A stretch of 20,000 nt of DNA, from the IMG/VR virus record IMGVR_UViG_3300025261_000058. The stretch is one strand, 5' to 3'. Shown here one piece after another: positions 7,175 to 15,757 of this stretch. Numbering within the stretch: position 1 is the first letter of the stretch; the number at the start of each line of letters is the position of its first letter. The DNA is from an uncultured virus (IMG/VR IMGVR_UViG_3300025261_000058). Lineage: Duplodnaviria; Heunggongvirae; Uroviricota; Caudoviricetes. The position numbers and the translations under genes were made by a program. The notes beneath the pieces are model-generated. The model was not told the origin of the DNA and made no database searches. It saw only the letters and a list, made by a program, of their open reading frames with translations.

Positions 7175-7360
7175 ATGGGACAGCACGCAAATCAACGCGC
7201 TTGGGCCGAATTCGAGCGCAGGCAGCGCAAGGCGCAAGACGACTACTTCGAGTCCGAGCCGCCGATCACAGACGACGAGCTGGCCGAGATTGCAAGCGAC
7301 AAGCACTTCGAGCGGATCGACTACCCGCGCACGAATCGGCAGTGGGGAGGATGGCAATGA
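7175..7360 (+). CDS. Phage hypothetical protein
   Basis: AGGAG RBS, ATG 7175. Confidence 0.7.
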   Translation: MGQHANQRAWAEFERRQRKAQDDYFESEPPITDDELAEIASDKHFERIDYPRTNRQWGGWQ

Positions 7361-7737
7361 GCGAGATCAAGCATACGCCGGGGCCGTGGAAGCTCATGCC
7401 CCGCGAAGTGTTGGAAGACGACAGCGTTTATTCCACGCACATCGTCGGCGGCCCCCGCGAGGTTCAAGTCTGCCTCCTAGAGTCATTCGAATCCGCGAAA
7501 CGAGCACATGACAACCCGGAAATGAAATCCGCAGTGTTCGAAGCTAACTGCCGCCTGATAGCCGCCGCGCCTGACCTCTACGAAGCGCTCGAAAGTATCC
7601 GCCGATACGGGCTGGACACCCTCTCAGGGCGAGCAGACGGCGGAGAAGATGACCGTCAGTGGCAGCGCGAAGCAGTCAACGAAATGACCAAGCGTGCTCG
7701 AATCGCAATCGAAAAAGCCACCGGGAGCCAGTCATGA
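7357..7737 (+). CDS. Phage protein (HTPGPW..AN.RLIAAAPDL type)
   Basis: Recurrent phage motifs; coupled start. Confidence 0.85.
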   Translation: MSEIKHTPGPWKLMPREVLEDDSVYSTHIVGGPREVQVCLLESFESAKRAHDNPEMKSAVFEANCRLIAAAPDLYEALESIRRYGLDTLSGRADGGEDDRQWQREAVNEMTKRARIAIEKATGSQS

Positions 7738-7907
7738 GCGCCACATACGAGATACACGACGGCTGCACGACATGCATATCTGATGCCGGTCGCGACCGCT
7801 TAGCAGAAGAGCAACGCCAGCGCCAAGCCGAGATCCTGATGTGGACCACGGCCGGCTCTATCGGCGCGATTGCTGCACTGGTGCTTAAACAACTACTCGG
7901 AGGTTAA
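7734..7907 (+). CDS. Small protein with C-terminal TM segment
   Basis: Coupled ATGA; hydrophobic tail. Confidence 0.6.
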   Translation: MSATYEIHDGCTTCISDAGRDRLAEEQRQRQAEILMWTTAGSIGAIAALVLKQLLGG

Positions 7908-7909
7908 CC

Positions 7910-8101
7910 ATGTTTTCGAGAGACATCCAGCACTACCGCTATCGCACGGCACGCACGATGACTGAGGCGTTTGGTCCGAACAGCAAACTGCACGTCGAGC
8001 GCGAGAGTGACGTGAAGGCGTGGATCTGGGCGATTGGCTGCGGCGTGGCTATCGGCTGCGTCTGGTGGATCTGCGTGGCGCTTCGGGCGGGGGCGGCATG
8101 A
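7910..8101 (+). CDS. Small membrane protein
   Basis: GGAGG RBS; R.ARTM.EAFGP motif followed by a TM helix. Confidence 0.75.
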   Translation: MFSRDIQHYRYRTARTMTEAFGPNSKLHVERESDVKAWIWAIGCGVAIGCVWWICVALRAGAA

Positions 8102-8292
8102 CCCAGCACTACGACAACGCCATCCACATGATGGAAGTGCAGGGCGGCTCTTTCGTCCAGTCATTGGCCCACTGCTACCTGATGGCCGATCCAGTCAACA
8201 AAACAAAGCTTCGCGACACGTTCGCCGGTTACTTCGAAAACTACGAGCACCGGTTTGATCTGTGGAAGCAACAACAGAGGGAAGCAGCATGA
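8098..8292 (+). CDS. Phage protein (GGSFV.SLA....ADP.N type)
   Basis: Coupled start and stop; recurrent phage motif. Confidence 0.75.
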   Translation: MTQHYDNAIHMMEVQGGSFVQSLAHCYLMADPVNKTKLRDTFAGYFENYEHRFDLWKQQQREAA

Positions 8293-9341
8293 GCACAGCA
8301 CTTTCAGTACGCCAGGAATTCGGCGCACAAGAGACGACCAACGCACTGGTCGAAACCGCCTCGACGGCCATTGCGGCCAAGGCGAAGGCAATGGTCGAGG
8401 CCCGCTACGTGATGGCGATGCGCCAGCCGCGCAATTGGGATCAGGTGCGGCAGGACTTGATGAGCGAGTGCAAGCGGCCATCCTTCGCGCACAACAAGAG
8501 CGCGTACTACCGCAAGCCGATCGGCCAAGGTGTAGAGGGTCTGGGGATTCGCTTCGTGGAAGTCGCGTTGCGTTGCATGAAGAACGTGCTGGTCGAGACG
8601 TCCATGACATTCGAGGACGACGCTAAGGAGATTCATTGCGTCAGCGTAACGGACCTGGAATCGAACCTGACCTATCCGCTGGATGTGCGGGTGTCGAAGA
8701 CGGTCGAGCGCTCGAAGCCGGCCGACGATGGTTCGTATCTCTCGGTCCGAAAGAATAGCTACGGCAAGATGGTCTACACCGTTCCGGCCAACGATGACGA
8801 CTTGCTCAACAAGCGCGGCGCCCTGATTTCCAAAGCTGTACGGACGCTTGGTCTGCGGATTATTCCGGGCGATCTACAGGACGAAGCAGAGGAAATCATC
8901 AAGGCGGTCCGAATGAACGAAGCCGCCCGCGATCCGGGAGCGGAACGGAAGCGCATCGCCGATGCATTCGCTGAAATCGGCGTGAAAGTCGAAGACCTAA
9001 CGAAGTATCTTGGCCACGCGCTTGATACGTGCTCGCCCGCAGAACTGGTAGATCTGCGCGGCATCTATGGCGCGATCAAGGACGGCGAGGCCACCTGGAA
9101 GCAGGTTGTCGAAAACAAGGCCGAGCAGGGCGGGGAGGGCAGCGAAAGCGGCTCAACGAGCGCCAAGGTGATTCCGGTCTGCACTGCCGATGACTTCGAG
9201 AAAAAGTCACCTGAATGGCGAAAGCTGATCGTCGAGAAGAAAAAGACGCCCGCCGAGTTGGTCAAGATGATCGAGACGAAGACCAAACTCAGCGAAGAAC
9301 AGAAACTGACGCTGGACTCATGGAGCCACGAGAATGACTGA
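8289..9341 (+). CDS. Putative recombination/single-strand annealing protein
   Basis: 350-aa ORF overlapping the exonuclease start; AYYRKPIG.GVEGLGIRF motif; function inferred from synteny only. Confidence 0.6.
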   Translation: MSTALSVRQEFGAQETTNALVETASTAIAAKAKAMVEARYVMAMRQPRNWDQVRQDLMSECKRPSFAHNKSAYYRKPIGQGVEGLGIRFVEVALRCMKNVLVETSMTFEDDAKEIHCVSVTDLESNLTYPLDVRVSKTVERSKPADDGSYLSVRKNSYGKMVYTVPANDDDLLNKRGALISKAVRTLGLRIIPGDLQDEAEEIIKAVRMNEAARDPGAERKRIADAFAEIGVKVEDLTKYLGHALDTCSPAELVDLRGIYGAIKDGEATWKQVVENKAEQGGEGSESGSTSAKVIPVCTADDFEKKSPEWRKLIVEKKKTPAELVKMIETKTKLSEEQKLTLDSWSHEND

Positions 9342-10941
9342 CCGCATAACTCACGACCTGATTCAAGGCTCGGATGAATGGGCACAGTTCCGCCTGACGA
9401 AGTTCGGCGCCAGCGAGGCCGCTGCCATGCTCGGAATCTCGACGAAGGCCAAGCGCACCGAACTGCTTCACATGAAGCATACCGGCAATCCCAAGGAGTT
9501 CAGCGAGTGGGTTCAGAAGAACATCCTGGACTACGGTCACGAAGTAGAAGCGCTGGCCCGGCCCATCATCGAAGAACTGATCGGGCAGGACTTGTACCCA
9601 GTGACGCGTTCGCTGGGCGTGCTTTCAGCATCGTGTGACGGCCTGACGCTCGACGACGAGATTGCATTCGAGCATAAGCAGTGGAATGCGACTCTAGCCG
9701 AATCGGTGCGCAATAAGGTGCTGCCGGAAGAGTATCAGCCGCAGTGCCAGCAAATCATGCTGGTGGCCGGCGCGCAGAAGGTCATCTTCGTATGCTCAGA
9801 CGGCACGCGAGACAACATGGAATACATGGAGGTCTACCCGGATCAGGCTTGGTTCGAGCGGATCATCGACGGCTGGGTGCAGTTTGAAAAAGACCTGGCC
9901 GCCTACGTGCCGCAAGTCATCGAAGAAAAGCCGATCGGCCACACGCCTGAAACGCTTCCCGCGCTGCACATCGAACTCAGCGGTGTTGTCAAGCATAGCA
10001 ACCTCCGCGATTTCAAGGCTCACGCACTGGCTGTCTTCGCAGGTATCAACCGCGAACTGACGACCGACCAGCATTTCGCCGACGCCGAGAAGACCGTCAA
10101 GTGGTGCGAAGACGTCGAATCACGACTCAAAGCGGCGAAGGAGCACGCGCTGAGCCAGACGCAGAGCATCGACGAATTGTTCAAGACCATCGACGACATC
10201 GGTGCCGAGGCTCGCCGCGTCCGGTTGGATCTCGACAAACTGGTGACCAAGCGCAAGACCGAAGTCAAGGATTCGATCATCGCCGGCGGCCGCAAGAAAT
10301 TTGCTGATCACTGCGCGGCACTCGCGGCAGATCTGGCCTTGGGCGACGTTCGGCTTGAAGTGGCGGCGCCCGATTTTGTCGGCGCAGCGAAGAACAAACG
10401 GACGATGGCAAGCCTGCACGATGCGATCGACACGGCGCTGTCCAACGGCAAGATTGCCGCCGATGCCGTCGCCCGCGATCTGCGTGCGAAGCTCGACTGG
10501 TACAAGCCGCACGGCGAAGCTCATGGCTTCCTATTCCGCGACCTGCAATCACTGATCCAGAAGCCCGCTGAGGACTTCCAATTGGCCGTCACCACGCGGA
10601 TCGAACAGCACAAGCAGGCAGAAGCGGAGAAGGTAAAGGCGGCGCCGCCGCCCACACCCGCAGTCGTGGCGCCAGCGCCGATCGCCACGAAGCCAGTTCA
10701 GGTCGCAGCGCCTTGGATTGGCACTACGCCGACCGGCGCTCCGACACTGCGTCTTGGCCAGATTAACGAACGACTGGCACCGATCGCTTTGACAGCCGAA
10801 GGCTTAGTGGCTCTCGGATTCAAGCACGCAGCCACCGACAAGGCTGCCAAGTTGTACCACGAGGAAGTTTTCCCTCAGATTTGTGCAGCGCTGATCGAGC
10901 ACATCGATGCGGCGGCTCGCGGGCTTGCTCACGCAGCCTAA
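9334..10941 (+). CDS. YqaJ/lambda-exonuclease family protein with long helical C-terminus
   Basis: QGSDEW..R...GASE, YGHEVE, SASCDG, FEHK, YQPQCQQ motifs. Confidence 0.92.
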   Translation: MTDRITHDLIQGSDEWAQFRLTKFGASEAAAMLGISTKAKRTELLHMKHTGNPKEFSEWVQKNILDYGHEVEALARPIIEELIGQDLYPVTRSLGVLSASCDGLTLDDEIAFEHKQWNATLAESVRNKVLPEEYQPQCQQIMLVAGAQKVIFVCSDGTRDNMEYMEVYPDQAWFERIIDGWVQFEKDLAAYVPQVIEEKPIGHTPETLPALHIELSGVVKHSNLRDFKAHALAVFAGINRELTTDQHFADAEKTVKWCEDVESRLKAAKEHALSQTQSIDELFKTIDDIGAEARRVRLDLDKLVTKRKTEVKDSIIAGGRKKFADHCAALAADLALGDVRLEVAAPDFVGAAKNKRTMASLHDAIDTALSNGKIAADAVARDLRAKLDWYKPHGEAHGFLFRDLQSLIQKPAEDFQLAVTTRIEQHKQAEAEKVKAAPPPTPAVVAPAPIATKPVQVAAPWIGTTPTGAPTLRLGQINERLAPIALTAEGLVALGFKHAATDKAAKLYHEEVFPQICAALIEHIDAAARGLAHAA

Positions 10942-10948
10942 ACCTCCA

Positions 10949-11088
10949 CGCGTTCCCCACCCCAAGCGATGTAGCCCACTCGGGTATTGATCTCGCCAAA
11001 CAGCGGGTGAGGGGACGCGCCTATACCAGTCCCGCAGACAGCACAGTCTGCGGCGTGTTTGGGGCGGCCGGTCTGGCGCCTCCTTTTT
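10949..11088 (+). promoter_or_regulatory. Structured leader and terminator-like hairpin before the methyltransferase
   Basis: Stems 10949-10962/11005-11019, 11032-11039/11046-11053 and 11061-11082, followed by T5. Confidence 0.5.
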
Positions 11089-11103
11089 AGAGAATCAGGG
11101 GCT

Positions 11104-11832
11104 ATGAATGAGTTGGCTCTTTTCGCAGGCGCTGGTGGCGGAATACTCGGCGGCCACCTTCTTGGATGGCAAACCATCGTCGCAGTTGAACGTGATGCCC
11201 ACGCAGCACAAATTCTGGCACAGAGGCAAAACGATGGAGCCATCCGACCATTCCCAATTTGGTCTGACGTCACGAGTTTTGACGGAAAGCCATGGCGAGG
11301 CATTGTTGACGTCGTATCGGGCGGCTTTCCATGCCAGGACATTAGCGTTGCCGGCACCAAGTTGGGCCTCGAAGGCGAGCGCAGTGGGCTCTGGTCGGAG
11401 TTCTTCCGGATTGTGGGCGAAGTTCGACCCGGCTTCGTGTTCATTGAGAACAGCCCAGCACTCGTTACTCGAGGACTCGACCGCGTGCTCGCCGATCTTG
11501 CCTCCATCGGGTTTGATGCTCGCTGGTCGTGTCTATCAGCGGCCCAGCTTGGCGCCTGTCACGAACGTAACCGCGCCTGGATCGTTGCCCACTCCTCTGA
11601 AGTCATGGGGCCGGCGCGGGCCGGGCTTATCGAACAACCTCGACAACTTGCGATGCAGCCTTGGAGTTACGAAGGAGTGTCTAGCGATAGTGGACGCCGT
11701 TGGGTGGAGATGGCCCGCAAGTTTCGTCGAATGGATGATGGGCTGGCCTTTGCAGTGGAGCGCACTGAAGCCATTGGAAATGGGCAGGTTCCAATCGTGG
11801 CAGCAACAGCATTCGACCTTCTCACGCGCTGA
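11104..11832 (+). CDS. DNA (cytosine-5) methyltransferase, alpha-type chain
   Basis: LFAGAGG (I), GGFPCQDIS (IV), ENS (VI), HERNRAW (VIII), IGNGQV (X); no motif IX in this frame. Confidence 0.93.
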   Translation: MNELALFAGAGGGILGGHLLGWQTIVAVERDAHAAQILAQRQNDGAIRPFPIWSDVTSFDGKPWRGIVDVVSGGFPCQDISVAGTKLGLEGERSGLWSEFFRIVGEVRPGFVFIENSPALVTRGLDRVLADLASIGFDARWSCLSAAQLGACHERNRAWIVAHSSEVMGPARAGLIEQPRQLAMQPWSYEGVSSDSGRRWVEMARKFRRMDDGLAFAVERTEAIGNGQVPIVAATAFDLLTR

Positions 11833-11842
11833 AGCGGCGTGA
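11108..11842 (+). CDS. Overlapping-frame methyltransferase beta-type chain (motif IX); true start uncertain
   Basis: 244-codon open +1 frame ending PASFVEWMMGWPLQW, resembling motif IX E..LMGFP..W. Confidence 0.7.
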   Translation: MSWLFSQALVAEYSAATFLDGKPSSQLNVMPTQHKFWHRGKTMEPSDHSQFGLTSRVLTESHGEALLTSYRAAFHARTLALPAPSWASKASAVGSGRSSSGLWAKFDPASCSLRTAQHSLLEDSTACSPILPPSGLMLAGRVYQRPSLAPVTNVTAPGSLPTPLKSWGRRGPGLSNNLDNLRCSLGVTKECLAIVDAVGWRWPASFVEWMMGWPLQWSALKPLEMGRFQSWQQQHSTFSRAEAA

Positions 11843-11862
11843 CCTAACCGAGCTAAATCATA

Positions 11863-12279
11863 ATGCAGACAAAGAATTGCCGCATCTCCCTGGAATGCAA
11901 GCCTATCGAAGCATTTACTCGGAACAAGGCTAGCTCTGTTGGATTCACGCGCGTATGCAAATCTTGCACGAATGCGAAAAGTCGAGCTTACGCGAAGTCA
12001 AGACCTGAGAAAGTCAAAGAGAAGCGGTCGCAGAAGAAAGCATTGAATGCTGCTTTGAATCTCAGTTACCGGCAGCGATATCCCGAACGAATGATAGCGA
12101 ACACCATTTGCAAGCGAGCTGTTGCAGAAGGGATAGTGAAAAGGCACCCATGTTGGGTATGTGGCGAAACAAAAGTCGAAGCTCACCATGCGGATTACAG
12201 CCAACCTCTCGATGTCGTATGGCTGTGCCGCCTTCATCATCGCCAAGCGCATGCACTAGCGCGGGAATTGGAGAAATAA
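11863..12279 (+). CDS. Zn-binding HNH-like phage protein
   Basis: CKSC, CWVCG, EAHHADYSQPLDVVWLCRLHH. Confidence 0.75.
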   Translation: MQTKNCRISLECKPIEAFTRNKASSVGFTRVCKSCTNAKSRAYAKSRPEKVKEKRSQKKALNAALNLSYRQRYPERMIANTICKRAVAEGIVKRHPCWVCGETKVEAHHADYSQPLDVVWLCRLHHRQAHALARELEK

Positions 12280-12280
12280 A

Positions 12281-12883
12281 TTGACGACAAACGACAGCAA
12301 AGACCAGGGACGCGAGGCACTGAGCGAGGCAGAGATCCGCAAGAGCATGACGTCGGACCATATCCAGCTTGAACGCAAACTCACCTGCGAGGCGATCGAT
12401 GGTGCCATTGCATTTGGTTACCAAAACACGAACCCTCCGCCGAGCGATGATCATTGGCTTGCGCCTTACTGGAAGACCGGCCGCAAACAGGCTGAGTTAG
12501 AAGCCGCCCTCGCTACCAGTGCATCCGCTCTCGCTCGCGATGAGGCGACGGGTAATCGCGAGTTCCACGAAGCCGCAGTAAAACTAGTTCGCGACATGAT
12601 GGACGCTTGGTCAGACGGCCGGCGTTTGGCGGAATGCCCGGCCATCGGATGCCGCATAAACGCGCTGCTTACCGCGGCCACTGGTGGAGATGCCGCGAGT
12701 GTGACAAGCGTTGCGGACTGGGAGATTTCTTCTATCGCCAATGAACTGTGGCAATTGGCTGATCAATGTGGCTACGAACAGTTCCGTGACGCTGTCTCGA
12801 CACATCTAAAGAAGTCGTACAGCGATGGGTGGTCTGACCATCAGAACGGCGCAGCATCGGTGACTTACGGGGACCAAAAATGA
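12281..12883 (+). CDS. Modular phage early protein
   Basis: GGAG RBS with TTG start; LARDEA and DAASV linkers. Confidence 0.75.
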   Translation: MTTNDSKDQGREALSEAEIRKSMTSDHIQLERKLTCEAIDGAIAFGYQNTNPPPSDDHWLAPYWKTGRKQAELEAALATSASALARDEATGNREFHEAAVKLVRDMMDAWSDGRRLAECPAIGCRINALLTAATGGDAASVTSVADWEISSIANELWQLADQCGYEQFRDAVSTHLKKSYSDGWSDHQNGAASVTYGDQK

Positions 12884-13545
12884 CGCACGATGAAATCATG
12901 GCAACAGCAAGCCATTACTCGGAAGTGGATGCGCAAGGCTACGTGCGGTTTTGCGAAGATGATCTGATCAACTTCGCAGACGCCCTTCTCGCCCCCTCTA
13001 GCGCAGCCACTGTTAGCGATGCCGCGAGTGTGCTGAGCAATGAGCAGATCATCGAGCGCTGCAAAGCGGCTGGCATTAAGTGGATACCGCCCGAGTTGCC
13101 TGACGACTGCGATTATGAAATGGGCTTCCCCGGCTCGTTCGACATGGTAACCATGGACGAGATGCGCGCGCTTCTCACCGCTGCCAGCGATCAGGCGTCG
13201 GGGCAGGCGGTGCCAAAAGGATGGAAGTTGGTCCCGATTGTGCCAACACGCGGGATGCCGGTAGCGGGTGGATTGGTCCCGCGCGGCGAACACCTTTTTC
13301 ATCATCCTGGCGGTGGCGACGAGCGTATCGAAGTGATTGGCTTCGGGAAAGCCTGCGAAGTTTGGGCCGCCATGCTTGCCGCCGCCCCCTCTCCCGCCGT
13401 GCGCGAAGCCGGGGACGGCGTGACGCTGACGGATAGCGACATTCTCGTACTGTGGGACCAAACCATGGCTCCGGACGACGATGAGAACCGTGAGCACAAA
13501 CTGATCGTACGCTTCGCCCGCGCCCTTCTTAAGGAGGCCAAGTGA
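12880..13545 (+). CDS. Modular phage early protein (VPKGWKLVP..WAAMLAAAP module)
   Basis: Coupled ATGA; shared linkers; module typical of lambdoid exo-xis region genes. Confidence 0.8.
   Translation: MTHDEIMATASHYSEVDAQGYVRFCEDDLINFADALLAPSSAATVSDAASVLSNEQIIERCKAAGIKWIPPELPDDCDYEMGFPGSFDMVTMDEMRALLTAASDQASGQAVPKGWKLVPIVPTRGMPVAGGLVPRGEHLFHHPGGGDERIEVIGFGKACEVWAAMLAAAPSPAVREAGDGVTLTDSDILVLWDQTMAPDDDENREHKLIVRFARALLKEAK
12981..13030 (+). repeat. Direct repeat copy 2 (partner 4671-4720)
   Basis: Exact 34-mer at 12997-13030. Confidence 0.95.
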
Positions 13546-14318
13546 TGGACGCGCACCTCGCAGCATATTTCAGGAATCACCTAGCGTACGACGAGGTGAC
13601 CGGTATAGCCACATGGCTTACAGGACGACGCGCCGGCGACGCTGTGGACGGCAGGACGCACAAGGGATACGTCTCTATCCACATCGCAGGTCATAACCGG
13701 CCGTTGCATCGAGTGATCTGGACAATGGTGACTGGTGAATCCCCGTCTTTGCAGATCGATCATATCGATGGCGTGCGAGACAACAATCGAATGGATAACC
13801 TGAGACTGGCGAACAGCATCCAGAACAACCGGAATAAGTTGGCGTTCAGGTCCAACACCACGACCGGCCTGAAAGGCGTTACCAAACGGATGGGTCGCTA
13901 TTCCGCTCGAATCCATATCGGCCCGGAACTTCGACACCTCGGTACGTTTGCGACGATGGATGAAGCGGCGCATGCCTATAACAAGGCGGCGATTGCTGAG
14001 TTCGGCGAATTCGCAGTTCTCAACCCAATTGGCCTTGTCCAAGAAATAACCGGTCATGACCTGAAAATTGAGGTCGTGGGCGCAGACCAAGGAGCAATCA
14101 TGTCGCGAGGGCATCACGAACTGCAGGTCTTCGCCTCGGAAGCTCAGCAACATGGCTTTGCTTTTTCGATGGATTCCCTTGAGCACGTATGGTTTCGCCC
14201 GATTCCGAACAAATACGATCCGAACAAGACATGTCGCTTTGTGCCTGCCGTGCCGGAATCGAGAGGATCATTCCCAGCCACTTATGTTCGCCTTCTACGC
14301 GAAGCGGGGAGCCGGTGA
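13542..14318 (+). CDS. HNH-AP2 homing-type endonuclease with extra C-terminal domain
   Basis: HRVIW..IDHIDGVRDNNRMDNLR (HNH); GLKGV..YSARI..HLGTF...EAAHAYNKAA..FGEFA (AP2). Confidence 0.9.
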   Translation: MMDAHLAAYFRNHLAYDEVTGIATWLTGRRAGDAVDGRTHKGYVSIHIAGHNRPLHRVIWTMVTGESPSLQIDHIDGVRDNNRMDNLRLANSIQNNRNKLAFRSNTTTGLKGVTKRMGRYSARIHIGPELRHLGTFATMDEAAHAYNKAAIAEFGEFAVLNPIGLVQEITGHDLKIEVVGADQGAIMSRGHHELQVFASEAQQHGFAFSMDSLEHVWFRPIPNKYDPNKTCRFVPAVPESRGSFPATYVRLLREAGSR

Positions 14319-14319
14319 T

Positions 14320-14460
14320 ATGAGCCTTATTTCATGCATTTACTTCCTGTGCGGCGCATTGACCGTTGGCTGCATCTGGGTGTGTGTCGAAACAGCCAGA
14401 ATTCAAAAACGTATTCGGAGGCTCCGATTCACCCTATCCGCCCAGCAAGCAAAGGAATAG
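14320..14460 (+). CDS. Small TM protein
   Basis: GGGGAG RBS; hydrophobic N-terminus. Confidence 0.5.
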   Translation: MSLISCIYFLCGALTVGCIWVCVETARIQKRIRRLRFTLSAQQAKE

Positions 14461-14463
14461 AAC

Positions 14464-14985
14464 ATGAGTGACACGATGCTTTTTGGCATTCTCCGTATGC
14501 CGCTAGATATGGTTCTCTCCGACCCATTATCGACTGCGCAGTTTCATAGCTGCGCTCAAGGCGCCGCCGCTCTCATAGAGCAGCAAGCCGCCCGCATCGC
14601 CGAATTGGAAGAAGCCATCCGAAAGCAAGCCAATGCTGCCCGGTGCCTCGCCGACGCAACTATCCGTGACGCGTCGATCCGTCAAGAGTTGGCAGAGAAG
14701 GCGCGCGCCGAGTCGTCACCAGAAGTGCTCGCGTCTGAGCGACAGGCTAACGCGATGCTGACAGAAGAAAACGAACGGCTGACGGCGCGCATCGCCGCCC
14801 TCGAATCCGCTTCGAAGGATGCGATACGGCGGGAGGCGATCGAGCAGGCTGCGAAGCACATGGATTCACGCGCCGCTGAATTCAGGGGTTGCGGAAACCA
14901 CACGGCAGACACGATGGCGCGCGTTTTCGAAGCCGAGGCTGACGCTATCCGCGCCCTGTCTCAAAAGGTAGGAGACCAGCAATGA
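14464..14985 (+). CDS. Coiled-coil phage protein (Ead/Ea22-like)
   Basis: AAGGA RBS; repeated ARIAELE/ARIAALE heptads. Confidence 0.75.
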   Translation: MSDTMLFGILRMPLDMVLSDPLSTAQFHSCAQGAAALIEQQAARIAELEEAIRKQANAARCLADATIRDASIRQELAEKARAESSPEVLASERQANAMLTEENERLTARIAALESASKDAIRREAIEQAAKHMDSRAAEFRGCGNHTADTMARVFEAEADAIRALSQKVGDQQ

Positions 14986-14995
14986 GCACTGTGTT

Positions 14996-15250
14996 TCAGT
15001 TAAGCCGCGCTGGATTGTCTTCAACGAATTGTCGAGCGGCAGCAAGCGCTTCTTCGGACGTATCGAAATTAAGGCCCTTTGGGTTTGGCACCTTAACCCA
15101 CGCGTCTTCCTCGCGTTCATTGTTCAAGCGAACATGGGCGACGAGTTTCTTTTCGCATGTGCGCTCGAATCCCACGACGCCGCCGGAGATCACTTCGCGA
15201 AGCCGAAGTTCGAAACGTCGGTCCGACACTGAGAATTCAACACTAGGCAT
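14996..15250 (-). CDS. Counter-oriented accessory gene (moron-like, 84 aa)
   Basis: GGAGAG RBS before ATG 15250; protein-like composition; opposes the operon. Confidence 0.6.
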   Translation of the reverse strand: MPSVEFSVSDRRFELRLREVISGGVVGFERTCEKKLVAHVRLNNEREEDAWVKVPNPKGLNFDTSEEALAAARQFVEDNPARLN

Positions 15251-15404
15251 GCGGCTCTCCAAGTTTGCTTTTCGAGGATCGTAACATGGCCGCTGCACAA
15301 CTAGTTCCCGGTATTAGTGAGGGTAGTCGCATGACCCTCTACACAGTCCGCGCCCAAGCGCCGGACGACATCATCGCCGCATCTTGCAAGCGCGAGACGG
15401 ACCA

Positions 15405-15605
15405 ATGAACCACCTCAACAGCCGCCGAGCATTCGAAGAATCGCACCGGTCGTTCTCGCTGGCAAAGCAGCCCACGACGTATCAGGTGCATGACCTTTGC
15501 AGCAAGTTCGCACAGATGGTCGCCGATGATCGACGGTACAAGATATCTGTGGGGCTGTCTGCGGCGGGGATTAATGTTGTTCGTGAGCCGAGGACAGGGA
15601 AATGA
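15405..15605 (+). CDS. Phage hypothetical protein
   Basis: ATG 15405; stop coupled to next gene. Confidence 0.6.
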   Translation: MNHLNSRRAFEESHRSFSLAKQPTTYQVHDLCSKFAQMVADDRRYKISVGLSAAGINVVREPRTGK

Positions 15606-15757
15606 CCAGTCATGACGAAACCGCGGTGAACCTGAGACTGGTTGCCGCCATGGCCGCGAAGATGGCAGGCAAGGTCGAGCAGCGCGCACTCTGGCCCGGC
15701 GACCTTGAGGAAGCAATTGCGCAGATGCAGAAATGGCTAGCGGAGATTGTGGGATGA
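15602..15757 (+). CDS. Small hypothetical protein (51 aa)
   Basis: Manual translation; ATGA coupling at both ends. Confidence 0.6.
   Translation: MTSHDETAVNLRLVAAMAAKMAGKVEQRALWPGDLEEAIAQMQKWLAEIVG

Noticed and set aside
9394..9400. Another CTGACGA hammerhead-core match
   Set aside because: Lies inside the exonuclease CDS, without the GAAA and stem arrangement
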